DNA of 63,465 bases, the filler included, from Folioceros fuciformis (taxonomy: Eukaryota), in NCBI GenBank assembly GCA_049999805.1. It is 16 parts of 16 records of this genome, joined end to end, with 100 filler letters (N's around TTAATTAATTAA, not from the genome) between each part and the next. Parts side by side here need not be neighbours in the genome. Positions count along the whole stretch, not along the records: positions 1 to 7,037 come from JBNGIO010005689.1; positions 7,138 to 11,534 come from JBNGIO010005691.1; positions 11,635 to 15,801 come from JBNGIO010005692.1; 13 more parts are not named here. One strand, 5' to 3'. The notes beneath the pieces are model-generated. The model was not told the origin of the DNA. It searched no databases and saw only the letters and a list, made by a program, of their open reading frames with translations. Of this stretch, positions 1 to 12,208 are shown one piece after another (the stretch's first letter is position 1; each line of letters starts with the position of its first letter). A program made the translations under genes and the position numbers.

Positions 1-1760
1 AGCCTAACTTTGAGTCGCCCTGATAAGGGCGGGCCCTGCCCTGCAGTGACAGCTTGCAATGGTCAGTCAGATATCTTCGCAACCTGGATGGAATTGGGAC
101 CTCGGTTGCGGATGATCAAACCACACGGTTAGCCAAACATGAGGAGCAAAATCGAATTCGATAGTGACAAGCGACAGACAGGGGCAGGGGGGAAGCTCCT
201 CACTCACCCCAGCAACACCTCCTGGCTCCCGCCTATTTCGGGGGAAGGCCAGGACAGGGATCGGCCGTGTCACCCACGCCTCCTTCGATGGGCACCAGAA
301 GCTGGGCCCGCAGCGCCACGTGCAGTGTTGGAAGGGATGGGACTGGATGGAAGGGGAAAAAACACAAGAGTCCCAGAAAGATATGCCAAACCTCCTGCGC
401 AGACTGCTGGTCATCCAGCTGTCACCAAGAGGTGGCCAACCCTTGCTCCCACTTTCTGGGCCTGGCCCAGTGTTTGCGACATTCTCCATGGCCGTCCACG
501 TTGGAGATCTGTTCTCAAGCAGTTCCCATGTGACATCCATCACTGGTTCAGTGGCTGACAAAAGTTGAGCTCTGTCGTGACGCAAGCCTGGTATGGGCTC
601 CAGCGCAGGCAACCAACCGTTCGCATGCTTGATCTGCTTGTCGTCCTTCCTTCACTGGGTGCGGGACATTCCCATCTGGTAGGGTGTCGGTCTGTGTGTG
701 TACACTGTACAGTATCCTATCCTAAGGGGAAGGTCGAGCGGTACCACTTTCTCCCTTCTTCTTCTGCAGCAGGTAGCAGGACGTGTCCATGTTACTTCCC
801 TCAGATTCGGAAGCCCAACGGGTTGAGAACTCCAGCAGATCTTTCCCGAACGGCTTCAGTAGGATCTTCAAGGTCCTTTCACTTGGGCGGATGGCGATCT
901 TTAAAGTCCTTACACTTGGGAGGATGATTATTGCAGTACCAGAGTTCCCAGCTTCCACCACTTTGCTACTCTGCAGTCTGACCAAGCTGGTGCCAAGTTG
1001 CCATCCGCAGGCCCAGACCTTATCCGTAGCACAGCTCCAGAGAAGTCCAGGTTGACAAACCCCACGGCATCGCCTCCCTGCAACCGTGTTTGTTATCCGG
1101 AAGGAAACAAAGAGAGTCCAGGTGACGGAAGTCACCAAACCGCGCACATGGCACAAGACATGCCGTGCTGCTGTGCTCAGAAGGCAACACTGTCATGTGA
1201 ATACCACATTGGAAAGCTCCGTAAATACAGTAGAGGAAAGAGAGCAGCCTGCAATCCTGAAAGTTTCCAGGACACTCTACTGCAATGCACCTTCGCTGAA
1301 AGCTCTAGGCTCACTCCTTTAAAAATATCCAGTTCATAGCCTTCTAACGAAGCGCAACTCAAAAGTCCATAGTACAGCCAGTTAAGTTGAAGCAGTACAG
1401 CCAAATGAGTTGCAGCAGTACAGCCCCCTGGCATGCAGTTCCAAAAGAAACAGGGTTGCCTCCTGCTGCCATTCTTTTTATACGAGGGATTAAAGATTAA
1501 AACACATCCAGCTCACACACAAGTTGCATGCAGCATGTTTTACACTCCACAAATCCAGAAACTCCAACTGTACCATCAACCTGGACACCAATTCTTGCTA
1601 TCATTGCATATTCAAGCAGAACGAAACCTTCCATTGCCTGGCAACCGTTTGCTGTTTACNNNNNNNNNNCATCCAGTGACCTTCAATCAGAAAAGAAGAA
1701 TCTTGTAGCCAGCGTTACAAGATTTGCGTATTATTCAAAGAATTATTACTCAGCCTCAAT

Positions 1761-2321
1761 CTAAGATTGCCTTTTGGAAGCTTGTTCTTCCTTCGTCTCT
1801 GGATTTTGAAACCTTTCTCGACAGTCTTGAGCTCCCTCACAACGTACGCATGCATAATTCTGAAACACGAACCCCAAGGGCCAGCAAAAGAGCTTCAACA
1901 TAACGAAGAGAAATTCATGCACTGATGAACGTGGGTGCTTCATTTTAGGTCACCCTGCCTTTACCGAACGCGGAGCTCCACAAGTCTCCACCATGTACGC
2001 GGTTCACACTCTTCATTAGGCGTCTCTTCCCTCCCAATTCTGGACTCCTTGGGCCTCAACTGAAAGACTTGGAGCTCACAACCAAAAGCAACATGGATCA
2101 GGACCTCCGCGCACACCAATTCCAAGAACCCTATGAAATCCTAGAAACTCAGTCGGTTCTCACCGACCACCTGGGACACACACAGCATACGGGCCCCACA
2201 GAACACGGGCGTTTCGCCTTTTTCATAGACTCTGGATGACGAGCTTCTCGTTTGGATGACAGTCCTGAACCCAGGCGATATGATACAACTGCGACCGTCG
2301 GTAGGCGATAAGCCTGTGGAT
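1761..2321 (-). pseudogene. Degenerate tandem copy of 60S ribosomal protein L34
   Basis: Manual minus-strand translation gives IHRLIAYRRSQLY / EKLVIQ / LRPKESRIGR..MKSVNRVHGGDLWSSA / RIMHAYVVRELKTVEKGFKIQ, collinear with the intact gene at 3091-3752. 1761-1860 aligns at DNA level to the last exon (3091-3190). Contains frameshifts and stops. Confidence 0.8.
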
Positions 2322-3090
2322 GGAGCTTCCGTGGGGCAAGGTGCTGAAATTCGATTTGCCCAGAAAACCGTAGATGGCAATTGAAACGAAGCGTTGGCCA
2401 CGCTCACTGCCCAGTGGCTCAGTCAGGAGGGTTGTTCGGACAGAACAAGATTTGAAGTGATCAGATGAACGCGAAAAATGCGACAGTTCCAACCATGGTG
2501 TGTTTCATAGGGAGCGAGGCTGCCTGCAACCGAGTTCGACAACCAACTAAGGCACGCGACAGAACAGCGAAGTACACTGCAACACCTCAAGACCTGAAGT
2601 GGAGTCTGTATACTTCGCCGTTAAGGACAAGTTACACATTTGCAACTCGTACTAAAATGTTCCGGCATCGCTAGTAAGCACGACCAACAGAACGAGGTGA
2701 ACCACCGAAACACCAGATTCCAACATGCAAAGCCAATAGTGCCTGAAGAATCTTCTACAACTTGGAGGGGAGCCAGCAGACGGCACACAATGCTAGCAGC
2801 CGCCAACAAGCCTTTCTACGGGAGAGCACCATCCCTCGAGAGCTACAGGCAGAAAAAACGTGCGTCCAGACTCCCCTAAACCAAGAACAAGAACCAGGCA
2901 TGCTAACAAGCAAACTAATCCGCAAAAAGAAGACCTTCCATGCCAGGTTGAAGTCAAGTTGACCAGCCATGCATCCCCACCACACAGCTGACATGCATGC
3001 ACAATTGTGCAAATCAAAACACCTTTACTCGAAAAGGAGTTCGTGACCACTGTCACAGATTTCCCGTAACAATCGACTAAGAGCCTCAGC

Positions 3091-3752
3091 CTAAGATTGG
3101 GCTTTGGCAGCTTGCTTTTCCTTCGACTTCTGGATTTTCAACACTTTCTTCACAATCTTCTGCTCCTCCACGAGGAAGGCTCGGATAATTCTGCAGCGCA
3201 CCACAAAGTCAGACCAAGGTTGCAAACTGGACAACCAGGAACTGCACTTCAAGTGCACTATACAGTCACATGTGGTAACCCTACCTCTCCCGCACGGCGG
3301 AGCCACAAATATTCCCGCCATACGCACGGTTAACAGTCTTCCTGTGCCTGTGCAGCCTCCCAGTTCTGTACTCCGCTGGCCTCAAATGGGGTATCTGTGC
3401 ATCCACGGCAAAGTAGGTCAGACAGTCGTGTGCACACCAGTCTCTAGAACCCTATCGGAACCCTAAACCTTGACAACCAGTAAGCGGACTCACCCCTGGA
3501 ATCCGCTTCCCCGTTACACTGCATATCGGCCCTTTCGCCCTCTTCTTAGCTGTCTGGAAGACGAGCTTCCCACCTGCGACCCGCCGCAGTTCGCAGCATC
3601 AAAAGACCTAACTCTGCGACTTCAATCCTCAAGGCACCACATCAGACAAGCACAACATAACAGGGACACCCACCAGGAGTCTTCACGACCCGCGTCTGAT
3701 TGGACTTCGTCGCGTAGCAGTGCCGCCGGCGGTAGGTAAGTCTTTGCACCAT
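3091..3752 (-). CDS. RPL34: 60S ribosomal protein L34 (eL34), 4 exons: 3752-3674, 3573-3494, 3394-3285, 3190-3091
   Basis: The spliced translation [122 protein letters not shown] is a typical plant eL34. All three introns are GT-AG and 94-100 nt. Confidence 0.97.
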
Positions 3753-4205
3753 TGTGCCGGACAAGCTTCAAAACCCCCGCAACAAGCTTCGGGACCCGCG
3801 GGACAAGCTGAAAAAGACGCAAGGGAGGGTCGCTAAGCCCTAAATACAAGTCCGGGCTGCCCTACTATTACGCTTACAGATACATACATCGTGTATGTAT
3901 TACAAACCTGTTTAGATACTGTTGAGGCGTGTACTGCGTGAAGAATGCCCTAAACCGGCAACTGGAACTGAAACAATACCCTAAATTGGAAACTGCTGTG
4001 TTCTTCGTGTTACGCTGCTGTCAGCATGCGACAAGTGTTGCAAACCTGTACACATCCTGCCTGGATGGAGGCTGGAGAGCTCTGGACGTGTCGGCTTTGC
4101 TGGAGCAGTCCTAGGAGCACTGGAGGAAGATGTCATGCGAGACGGTAGAGCTGAGGATCGAAGAATAGGTGCAGGAGAAGGAACTAGAATTGTAAGGCTG
4201 TAAAC
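3753..4205. promoter_or_regulatory. Shared divergent promoter region of RPL34 and eRF1
   Basis: 453 bp between divergent ATGs. Three CCCTAAA telo-box-like motifs (3838, 3948, 3979) and a 9-bp inverted repeat ATACATACA-TCG-TGTATGTAT (3880-3900). Confidence 0.5.
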
Positions 4206-5516
4206 ATGGGGGACTCTGTGGAGACAGATAAGAATATCGCGATATGGAAGATAAAGAAGCTGATCAAGGGGCTGGAATCTGCACGAGGAAATGGCACCAG
4301 CATGATTTCACTCATTATGCCACCCAGGGATCAGATATCCCGGGTGGTGAAGATGCTTGGAGAGGAATTTGGCACAGCGTCTAATATCAAGAATAGGGTG
4401 AATCGGCAGTCGGTGCTTGGAGCCATCACCTCTGCTCAGCAAAGGTTGAAGTTGTTCAATCGAGTGCCGCCGAATGGTCTAGTTTTGTACACCGGTACCA
4501 TTGTGATGGATGATGGGAAGGAGAAGAAGGTGACCTTCGACTTTGAGCCTTTCAAGCCGATTAATGCATCTCTGTATCTGTGTGACAACAAGTTCCACAC
4601 TGAGGCCCTGAACGAATTGCTGGAGTCAGATGATAAGTTCGGGTTCATCGTTATGGATGGAAACGGTACTTTGTTCGGGACTTTGAGTGGAAACACTCGG
4701 GAGGTGCTGCACAAGTTCACTGTTGATCTGCCGAAGAAGCACGGTCGGGGAGGGCAGTCAGCACTTCGATTTGCCCGGCTTAGGATGGAGAAAAGACACA
4801 ACTATGTGAGGAAGACGGCTGAGTTGGCAACGCAGTTTTTTGTGAATCCGGCAACCAGTCAGCCGAACGTATCTGGTCTGATTTTGGCAGGATCTGCTGA
4901 TTTTAAGACTGAGTTGAGTCAGTCGGACATGTTTGACCCTAGGCTTCAAGCCAAGGTTTTGAGCGTGGTGGATGTGTCGTATGGGGGGGAGAACGGTTTC
5001 AGCCAAGCCATTGAGCTGTCGTCTGAGATTCTGTCGAACGTGAAGTTCATTCAGGAGAAGAAGTTGATAGGAAGATATTTTGAGGAGATCAGTCAGGATA
5101 CTGGGAAATACGTGTATGGAATCGAGGACACATTGAAGGCTTTGGAAGCAGGTGCGGTGGAGATTTTGATAGTGTGGGAGAACCTGGATGTCCATCGGTA
5201 TGTGTTGAAGCATTCTATCACAGGTGATACCATCATCAAACATTTGAACAAAGAGCAGGAAGCGGATCAGTCTCAGTTTAGGGATCCGGAAACGCAGGCT
5301 GAACTCGAAGTGCAGGACAAGCTGTCTCTGCTGGAGTGGTTTGCTAACGAGTACAAAAAGTTTGGCTGTACACTTGAGTTTGTCACAAATAAGTCGCAAG
5401 AGGGTTCCCAGTTCTGCAGAGGATTTGGTGGGATTGGAGGGATTTTGCGCTATCAACTTGACATGAGAACCTTTGATGAGCTGTCTGATGATGGGGGTGT
5501 CTACAACTCAGATTAG
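4206..5516 (+). CDS. ERF1: Eukaryotic peptide chain release factor subunit 1, intronless, 436 aa
   Basis: GTS, TASNIK(N), YLCDNKF and GRGGQS motifs; C-terminal [11 protein letters not shown]; full length. Confidence 0.98.
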   Translation: MGDSVETDKNIAIWKIKKLIKGLESARGNGTSMISLIMPPRDQISRVVKMLGEEFGTASNIKNRVNRQSVLGAITSAQQRLKLFNRVPPNGLVLYTGTIVMDDGKEKKVTFDFEPFKPINASLYLCDNKFHTEALNELLESDDKFGFIVMDGNGTLFGTLSGNTREVLHKFTVDLPKKHGRGGQSALRFARLRMEKRHNYVRKTAELATQFFVNPATSQPNVSGLILAGSADFKTELSQSDMFDPRLQAKVLSVVDVSYGGENGFSQAIELSSEILSNVKFIQEKKLIGRYFEEISQDTGKYVYGIEDTLKALEAGAVEILIVWENLDVHRYVLKHSITGDTIIKHLNKEQEADQSQFRDPETQAELEVQDKLSLLEWFANEYKKFGCTLEFVTNKSQEGSQFCRGFGGIGGILRYQLDMRTFDELSDDGGVYNSD

Positions 5517-7037
5517 AATGTGTGTATACAGGATTGCCAAGGAGCCTCTCTCTCGGCTCAGGGCTCTCGGACTACTTACGAGAGTGTAGGCCAGATTAAT
5601 GTTGACTTGATGCTGAAGCAATTTCGCTTTTTGGCTTGGTCAGACTTGAGGTGGTGTTGAGCGGGTCTGAGCCCGTGTGCTTCCAGGAGCTACGACTTGT
5701 GCACCTTGGAGCTATCGTCTATGTACGCCTAGGACCAGCTGCTTCGGGGAATGAAGTAGCTTTCACGAAAGAGGAACTTGGTGCGGCTACTACAGCTGGA
5801 CCAGGAGGTGCAGGAGCAGGGGCTGCGACGGGAGATGCGCGCTTCTTTCGTTGTTGCTGGCTCTTGTCATGCATCTTCCTGTGAGGTCTACGGGGGAATG
5901 CGGCTTACGTTCCGGCACAATTTCTCGGTGTGCTCCAATTTTTATCTACTGTCTGCGATAAAGGACATTCCAATGTCCGTATCCTAAGCTTTCGGCCTTT
6001 TATCCTGCTGCTCAGAAGCGTCCCTAATTTGATGGTCAGGGTTGGTGCCCGAATTTCATTGTTGCTGTGGGAATTATCTGTGTTTCCAGTGCTGTCTACC
6101 CTCTCATGGGCCCAAGGTTTAGTGTGCAAGGAGCTCGTCTGCCTACAGATTGCTAGACTCACTCTTTCTTGGCACCTTCATGATCTCCTACGTCTTTACG
6201 TCTTTGTCGAGAAGTCTGGCACTTCAAAATCTCTTTCCGTGGTTTTGTTCTGTAATCTCTGTGGTTTGTTTTTCTGCTCATACCTGCACGAGTTCTCCAC
6301 GGTGTCATGCATTGGGACCAGCCAACTCAGACTTTGAAACGGTGAAGCATGTCGTTACAAGGCTGTCTCAACCACCAGGATGTCTGTCGTAGGTCGAACC
6401 TTTAAAACGAGGAAGTGTGTCGTTACAAGGCCCTCCTGAAACCACCAGCATGTGGTAGGTGGAATTGCTGTGCTTGCGTGACTCAGCAGAAGTGGGAGCT
6501 CAGTCAGACACCGTTTTGATTCGTCAGGATCCCTTAAGGTTCACCGGCAGGTGTTACCGACATCCGGTCTCCAACTGCAGAGAGGATCAGTACTCGAATC
6601 GAAAGCTTAGACTTTGCCGGTAATCAGTTTGCAGGATCTGAGCAATCGGATGCTGAATTTATCCCACATTGCCAAACTCAAGAACAAGCAAATGCGTCAT
6701 TATCATTAGCCGATGCTCAGAGCTAAAGTGTAGGCGATTTCACTATGATTGATTTGCGTCGTCTGTTATCTTTTCACAAGCAACAAGGAGGCTTAACGAG
6801 CCCTCAATGTGGTGCCCGAACTACACGTACTGTAGCAAAGCAGGTTGCTAAGTGTTGACGTCGGAGTAGGTTGTGGCCAGGAAACCCTAATCGGTGATGG
6901 GAACTGGAGCCAAGCCCTAATTTGGGAATCCTACCGACTACCGACCGCTCGTGCTCTCCCTCTGTTAGAATGGGACGAGTGTTGCAGGCCTGTGTGCTGC
7001 CGGCCTGAATGGAGTCAGGAGAGAGCTTTGCAGGTCT

Positions 7038-7137
7038 NNNNNNNNNNNNNNNNNNNNNNNNNNNNNNNNNNNNNNNNNNNNTTAATTAATTAANNNNNNN
7101 NNNNNNNNNNNNNNNNNNNNNNNNNNNNNNNNNNNNN
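7038..7137. other. Artificial scaffold spacer N44-TTAATTAATTAA-N44 (first of 15)
   Basis: Identical 100-bp spacers with the 12-mer at 7082, 11579, 15846, 17798, 20255, 21849, 33624, 37211, 44171, 49954, 53438, 56451, 58355, 59786, 62036. The 12-mer has stops in all six frames. Confidence 0.95.
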
Positions 7138-8587
7138 TATAATATAACCCTAATCTCATTATGCCAACATCAATACTCCTTCACAATAATATGAAAATAG
7201 ATTTTAAGGAAAAAGATAGGTTCAATGGATCCCAATTTGACATTTGGGCTCTCCGGGTCCAAACAATCCTAAAAGAAATGACCTGTGGGATGTGGTTACT
7301 GGCACCACTTCCAAACCAGCTGCCATAGCTCCTCGGGCAGAACGAGATGCATGGGCGAAAATGGATCTCCGGGCTTTGGCAGTTATCCAGTCTGCACTAA
7401 ATGGTTCAATGATGCATCACACTCAGGATGTCGAATCCACAAAGGATGTGTGGGACTCCTTGTCCCAAATCTACAGAGTATCAAATGGTTCGTCCATGGT
7501 TAGTGCTACTCGAGCTTTTTACAATTGCAAGATGAAAGAGCATGAATCTGTGGAGCAACATTTTCAAAAGTTTCGAATGCTACGTTCGAAGCTTACCTCT
7601 AGTGGCACAAGGACTACTGAGATGCAGGCAGCAATCGCACTCTTGCTGTCCCTACCTGAGAGCTACAGGACGTTCGTCAGTAATCACAGCTCAAACTTGA
7701 GGAATGTGGCGCAAGCCACACCAGCAGGCCAAGTACTTGCAGTAACATTATCAGACCTTATTGGAGCACTCCTTGAGGAGGAGTCCACAAGGCATGCCAG
7801 CAGGGGCGTTTCATCCTCCAGAGGAGAGTCGTCCAACAGAGCCCTCTTTTCAAATAGAGGTCCAAAACGGCTGCAACCTAGCCAGTCATGGCAACCACAG
7901 AGCGTTGGTACGCATGCAAGCAAGAAGCAATGTCCTGCCTCATCTCTAGCTAAGGAAAAGGGCCAGTGCAACTGGTGCCTTATACTTGGCCACTGGGAGT
8001 CCGAATGCCGGAAAAAGAAAGCAGGAGAGCCACGGCGTATAGCTCCCCCTGAAACCAATGTGGTACAGAAACGATCCAACACCCTATTAGCTGTGTACAT
8101 GGTCTCTACCCCTCTGTACAGGCATGCATGGTANNNNNNNNNNACCCGCAAATCAATCTCTGCCAACTGCCTCCTCCTTGGAACAAGTGAGTATGATGCC
8201 ACAGTTATCTCGTGGTACAGCAAAAAGCAGCAGGTAACGGCCTTGTCATCCACCAAAGCAGAGTATGCTGCAACAGCCACAACATCTCAGGACATCATCT
8301 ACACGAGAGAACTGCTAACTTCACTTGGTGAAAGTCAAACTGCACCTACCCTTCTCTTGTGTGACAACCAGTCGGCAATAGCCCTGGCTCAGAACCCAAT
8401 GATGCATGCCAGGACTAAGCATGTTGAGATTGAACATCATTTTATTCGTCAGGTCATTAGCAATGGGCAAGCTAGCCTGCAGTACGTTCCTACCAACAGC
8501 AACGTGTCGGACATCCTAACAAAAGCTCTAGCCAAAGACAAGCATGACAGGTTTTGTAAGGCTATGGGCCTGTCCGAGGGTGTCTAA
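7138..8587 (+). mobile_element. Ty1/copia remnant: gag joined across a 10-N gap to RNase H
   Basis: DFKEKDRF gag start, zinc knuckle CNWCLILGHWESEC, RNase H motifs SKKQ..TALSSTKAEY, CDNQSAI, HARTKHVEIEHHFIR. Confidence 0.9.
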
Positions 8588-9150
8588 GTCTGCACAAACT
8601 CCCACGTCAGCACAACGCTTGCATAAAAATTCATGCAGGTCTTCAGACTTCAAGACTTCAGCTGTTCTTGAACTTGCGAGTTGGCATTACCGTGGAGCAT
8701 CTGTGCCAAGGTTCTGTATAGGGAGCTCGAGTGTCAGCTGCAGAAAGGACTGTCAAAGAACACCAGCAGTGGGAGCCAGATCCCAGTTGGAGACTCACCA
8801 TAGCGGATGATGAGCCTGCCTTTCTCAGTAAACTCCAACCCTGTATACATAAACCGATCCATGCAACTTGGAAGCATCCGGAATGGTACATCGAGCACAA
8901 GATGAGGGAAAAAAAAAAAAAAGGGAAAAAAAAAACCTGCAGCTACCTCCAGCGGGCATGAGCTGCCTCCAATTCAGCCTCGGCAGTGTACAATTTGGCG
9001 AATTCAGCGCACAGTGAGCAAGTTTTGAGGCATAGCGCAAGGTGGAGAAGCACAACAGGAGCCACCAAACACACGATCGCGACCAAAACCTGGCCTGCGG
9101 CGGAATCCATCTGAGCTGCGGCTCAAGACCTACGGCGCAAGACTGAAGCA

Positions 9151-11534
9151 TGAAACTGAGAAGTAATCAAAGCTCTACCTAAGTGAAAGTGTGGAAGTTA
9201 ATTAGGGTTAATTACTTAAATAGGCAGGCTTTAGATTAATTGTTAATTAGGCACCCGAATCGTTACATGATATGAAGCGCCACCGCGTTTTATACGGTTG
9301 TGACTCTAGACTAACCGCCACATTCCTCACTTCGTGAATAGGCACGAGCACGTCTTAAGAGGCCAAGGTCACGGCCAATAAATTATCCTTCCTTTCGTGT
9401 TCTAATCTCTCTCTCTCTCTCGATCCTTCGACTATCTTTAATCTGTTTGATGACACCTGAACTCTGTGCCAAGAGAGGCCCCGCCACCTACGTCCCAACA
9501 TTAGCCTACAAGGGAATGAGTGTCTAATAATAGGAGTCACATGCATGCCTACCTCCTTGTACCACTGTAGCCGTAGCTCCCTTGGTTGCCGTAGGTGTAC
9601 ATGGTCACTCTTGCACAACTCAATTCCATCATTAGTGGTCTCCAACAGCTCTCCCTACACACGCCTGTCCAGTCTCCGATCATGGCATCTTTGTCAAGCA
9701 CACCTACATTTACCTCCGAACTCAAGGAGAAGGACAGGTTTAAGGGGTCTGGCTACACCGTATGGAGAGTCAGGATGAGGGCCACTTTGCTGGCCAGGGG
9801 AGTCTGGACCGTCGTTGTCGGATCCTACCCCAAACCTAACCCCAATACCAGCCCTACTCCCACAGCCGACAAAATCGCCAAGTGGGAACAACACAACGCC
9901 ATTACTGTCGCCCTAATCATAGGAGGGCTGGACGCAGACTTAGTCCCAGAGGTAGAATACCTCACATCTGCACATAGCATATGGGACCAGTTAGAAAAGA
10001 CATACAAAATCTAGAATATGATGACATTATGTGCAGTCAGACAGGAGTTCTTCTCTCTAAGAATGAAGGAAGGAGAGAAAGTGGCCTTACATGTTAGCAG
10101 GTTCCGGCACCTACGTGCCCAACTCACTGCTATGACAGGGGAGAAGATGTCAGAGGTGGACGCTATCGCCCAATTGCTGAGCAGTCTTCCTGCCTCCTAT
10201 CAGACCTTTGTCACTAGCCAAAACGGCCCCATACGTGCTACCGCAGCTGCCTCTGGCCAAATAGCGACCTTTACCTTGGAGGAGGTGATTGGTGCGCTAT
10301 TCCAGGAGGAGCAAAGCCGCACCTTCTCATCCACCTTCAGGAACAGAGGAGAGATGGTATTAGCCATAAACTGCCGAAAAAGGGAGAACCAAGCCCAGAA
10401 GCACAGTAATGCAGGGACAGAGAGGGGAACCTTCAAGCCCTGTTAAGAGGCCTGGCAACTGTAATTGGTGCGGCCTCCCTGGCCACTGGGCCAGAGAATG
10501 CCGGAAAAGAAGGGTCGGCGAGCCCTCCAGACAGCAGAAACTAGCTGCGAACGTGGCTGTGAGGCAGAACAAATCAGGAGACTCTAAGGCTCCTGTTAAG
10601 ATACTGACAGTTTGTCTGTCCAGCACTCTCAGCGACGATAGCTCCTGGTACCTTGATTCTAAGGCAACGACCCATATCTGCAAGAAACGGGACCTCTTCA
10701 GCACCCTTGACCTATCACAAAAAGAAGGTCAAGTATACCTCGTAGATGAGCAAAGCAAGACAAGCCTGCATATCGAGGGTAAAGGTACCTGCGCTTTCAG
10801 CCTCCATGACGGCACTGAACTAACCCTGACAGACGTCATTTATGTTCTAGGCATGGCCAAGAACCTCATGTCCATGAGCCAGCTCATGGGACAACGGGCT
10901 TTCTACATGCACGCAGACTCCGAGCACTGCTGTTTCTACAGGCAGTCCTCTCCCCACACATGTGTCTTTGAGGGACTGCCCGAGAGCAACCTATACAGGC
11001 TTAATATCACCTATCACAGCTTAGACCTACATATAGAGGCTGCCCACTCAACCACAGGCCCCAACCTAAGCTAGGCACAGCGGGCTCTACTGTGGCATGC
11101 CCGCCTAGGACACGTCAATAGGTCCAAGCTAATCAATATGTCAGCCCTAGAGTGCCACCGAGAACCTCTACCTAAGTGCTTTCAGCAGTTACCTGTGTGC
11201 GAATCATGCATTATTGCCAAGCAGAAGGAGTCTTCATTTCCCGACTCACCTACACAGAGGGCTACTCGGGTTCTCGAGTTAGTCCATGCGGACATTTCAG
11301 GCAAAATCCATGAACCCTCCCTTGGAGGTGCTCACTACTTTCTAACAGTCACTGATGACTACAGCCATTATACATGGACCTACCCCATGCAGCTGAAGAG
11401 TGACACCTATGCCTGCTTCAAGGGATGGCTTACCATAGCCCAGAGGCAGTCGATACAGCTCCTAAAGACCCTCAGGACTGATACCGGCACCGAATTCGTC
11501 AACTCATCCTTCGATGACCTCCTGCAGGCCTCAA
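9151..11534 (+). mobile_element. Ty1/copia 5' part: possible short LTR 9151-9267, gag, protease, GAG-pre-integrase, integrase; interrupted by stops and a frameshift
   Basis: ELKEKDRF, CNWCGLPGHWAREC, WYLDSKATTHIC, LWHARLGH, LELVHADISG, LRTDTGTEF. LTR and PBS calls are weak (TGAAAC..TTACA followed by TGATATGAAGC). Confidence 0.88.
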
Positions 11535-11634
11535 NNNNNNNNNNNNNNNNNNNNNNNNNNNNNNNNNNNNNNNNNNNNTTAATTAATTAANNNNNNNNNN
11601 NNNNNNNNNNNNNNNNNNNNNNNNNNNNNNNNNN

Positions 11635-12207
11635 TGTGTTAGCAGACTCTTCCAAGGGTAGTATGCCGGATCCGCTGCCCTAACAACCCATTGAACATGC
11701 AAAACTTTCATCTTGGCAACTGAGTCCACCACCCCTAGGCCCCCCATTCCACACGCTTGAATAATATGTTGCCAAGCCACTTTAGAACACCCAGCCATAC
11801 CATCCCCCAAACGCTTCCACAGGAAAGAGGTCAGCACCTGTTGTAAGCGCTTCACCTCTATTTTAGAAGGCGCCCACAAAAAACAGAAAGTACCATAAAG
11901 AGGCAATAAGGATATGGTTGATCACCACTAGCCTACCTGCCAAGTTGAGCTCCAGCAATTGTAAACTAGCCGCTTTGTGAATGAACCTGAGGCAGACATA
12001 CTTCCCAATCTTCCCATTCTCCTCACCCTCTTGAAAGGGAAGTTCCAAATACTTGTGGGTAGAGCCCAAGGTCACTCGCTTGATGTGGTTAATACACTGA
12101 GGGGGTTCCCCCTCCATGTGAAGACACAGCATGTGTGTCTTGTTCCAATTCACCTTGCAGCCCGAAAGTTCACCAAAAACCTTGACCTATTGGAGCAACG
12201 CTTTCAA
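11635..12207 (-). mobile_element. 5'-truncated LINE (L1/Tx1-like) RT C-terminal fragment
   Basis: Nearly identical to 49120-49499 (NWNKT..THKYL..NLAGRLVVINHIL..WYF) and continues into KVAWQHI...GGLGV. Confidence 0.9.
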
Positions 12208-12208
12208 A

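Noticed and set aside
1-1700. Overlapping 80-180 aa ORFs and splice-like signals on the minus strand
   Set aside because: I could not assemble a recognisable protein; a decayed or unknown multi-exon gene is possible but unsupported.
7082-7093. Recurrent palindrome TTAATTAATTAA as a biological motif
   Set aside because: Always centred in exactly 100 bp of N padding; an assembly linker.
7244-8587. 447-aa gag-RNase H fusion protein
   Set aside because: The frame crosses a 10-N gap of unknown true size.
8590-8940. Possible extra ORF 3' of Copia RNase H
   Set aside because: Short, has a stop, runs into poly(A), and no convincing homologue in the window.
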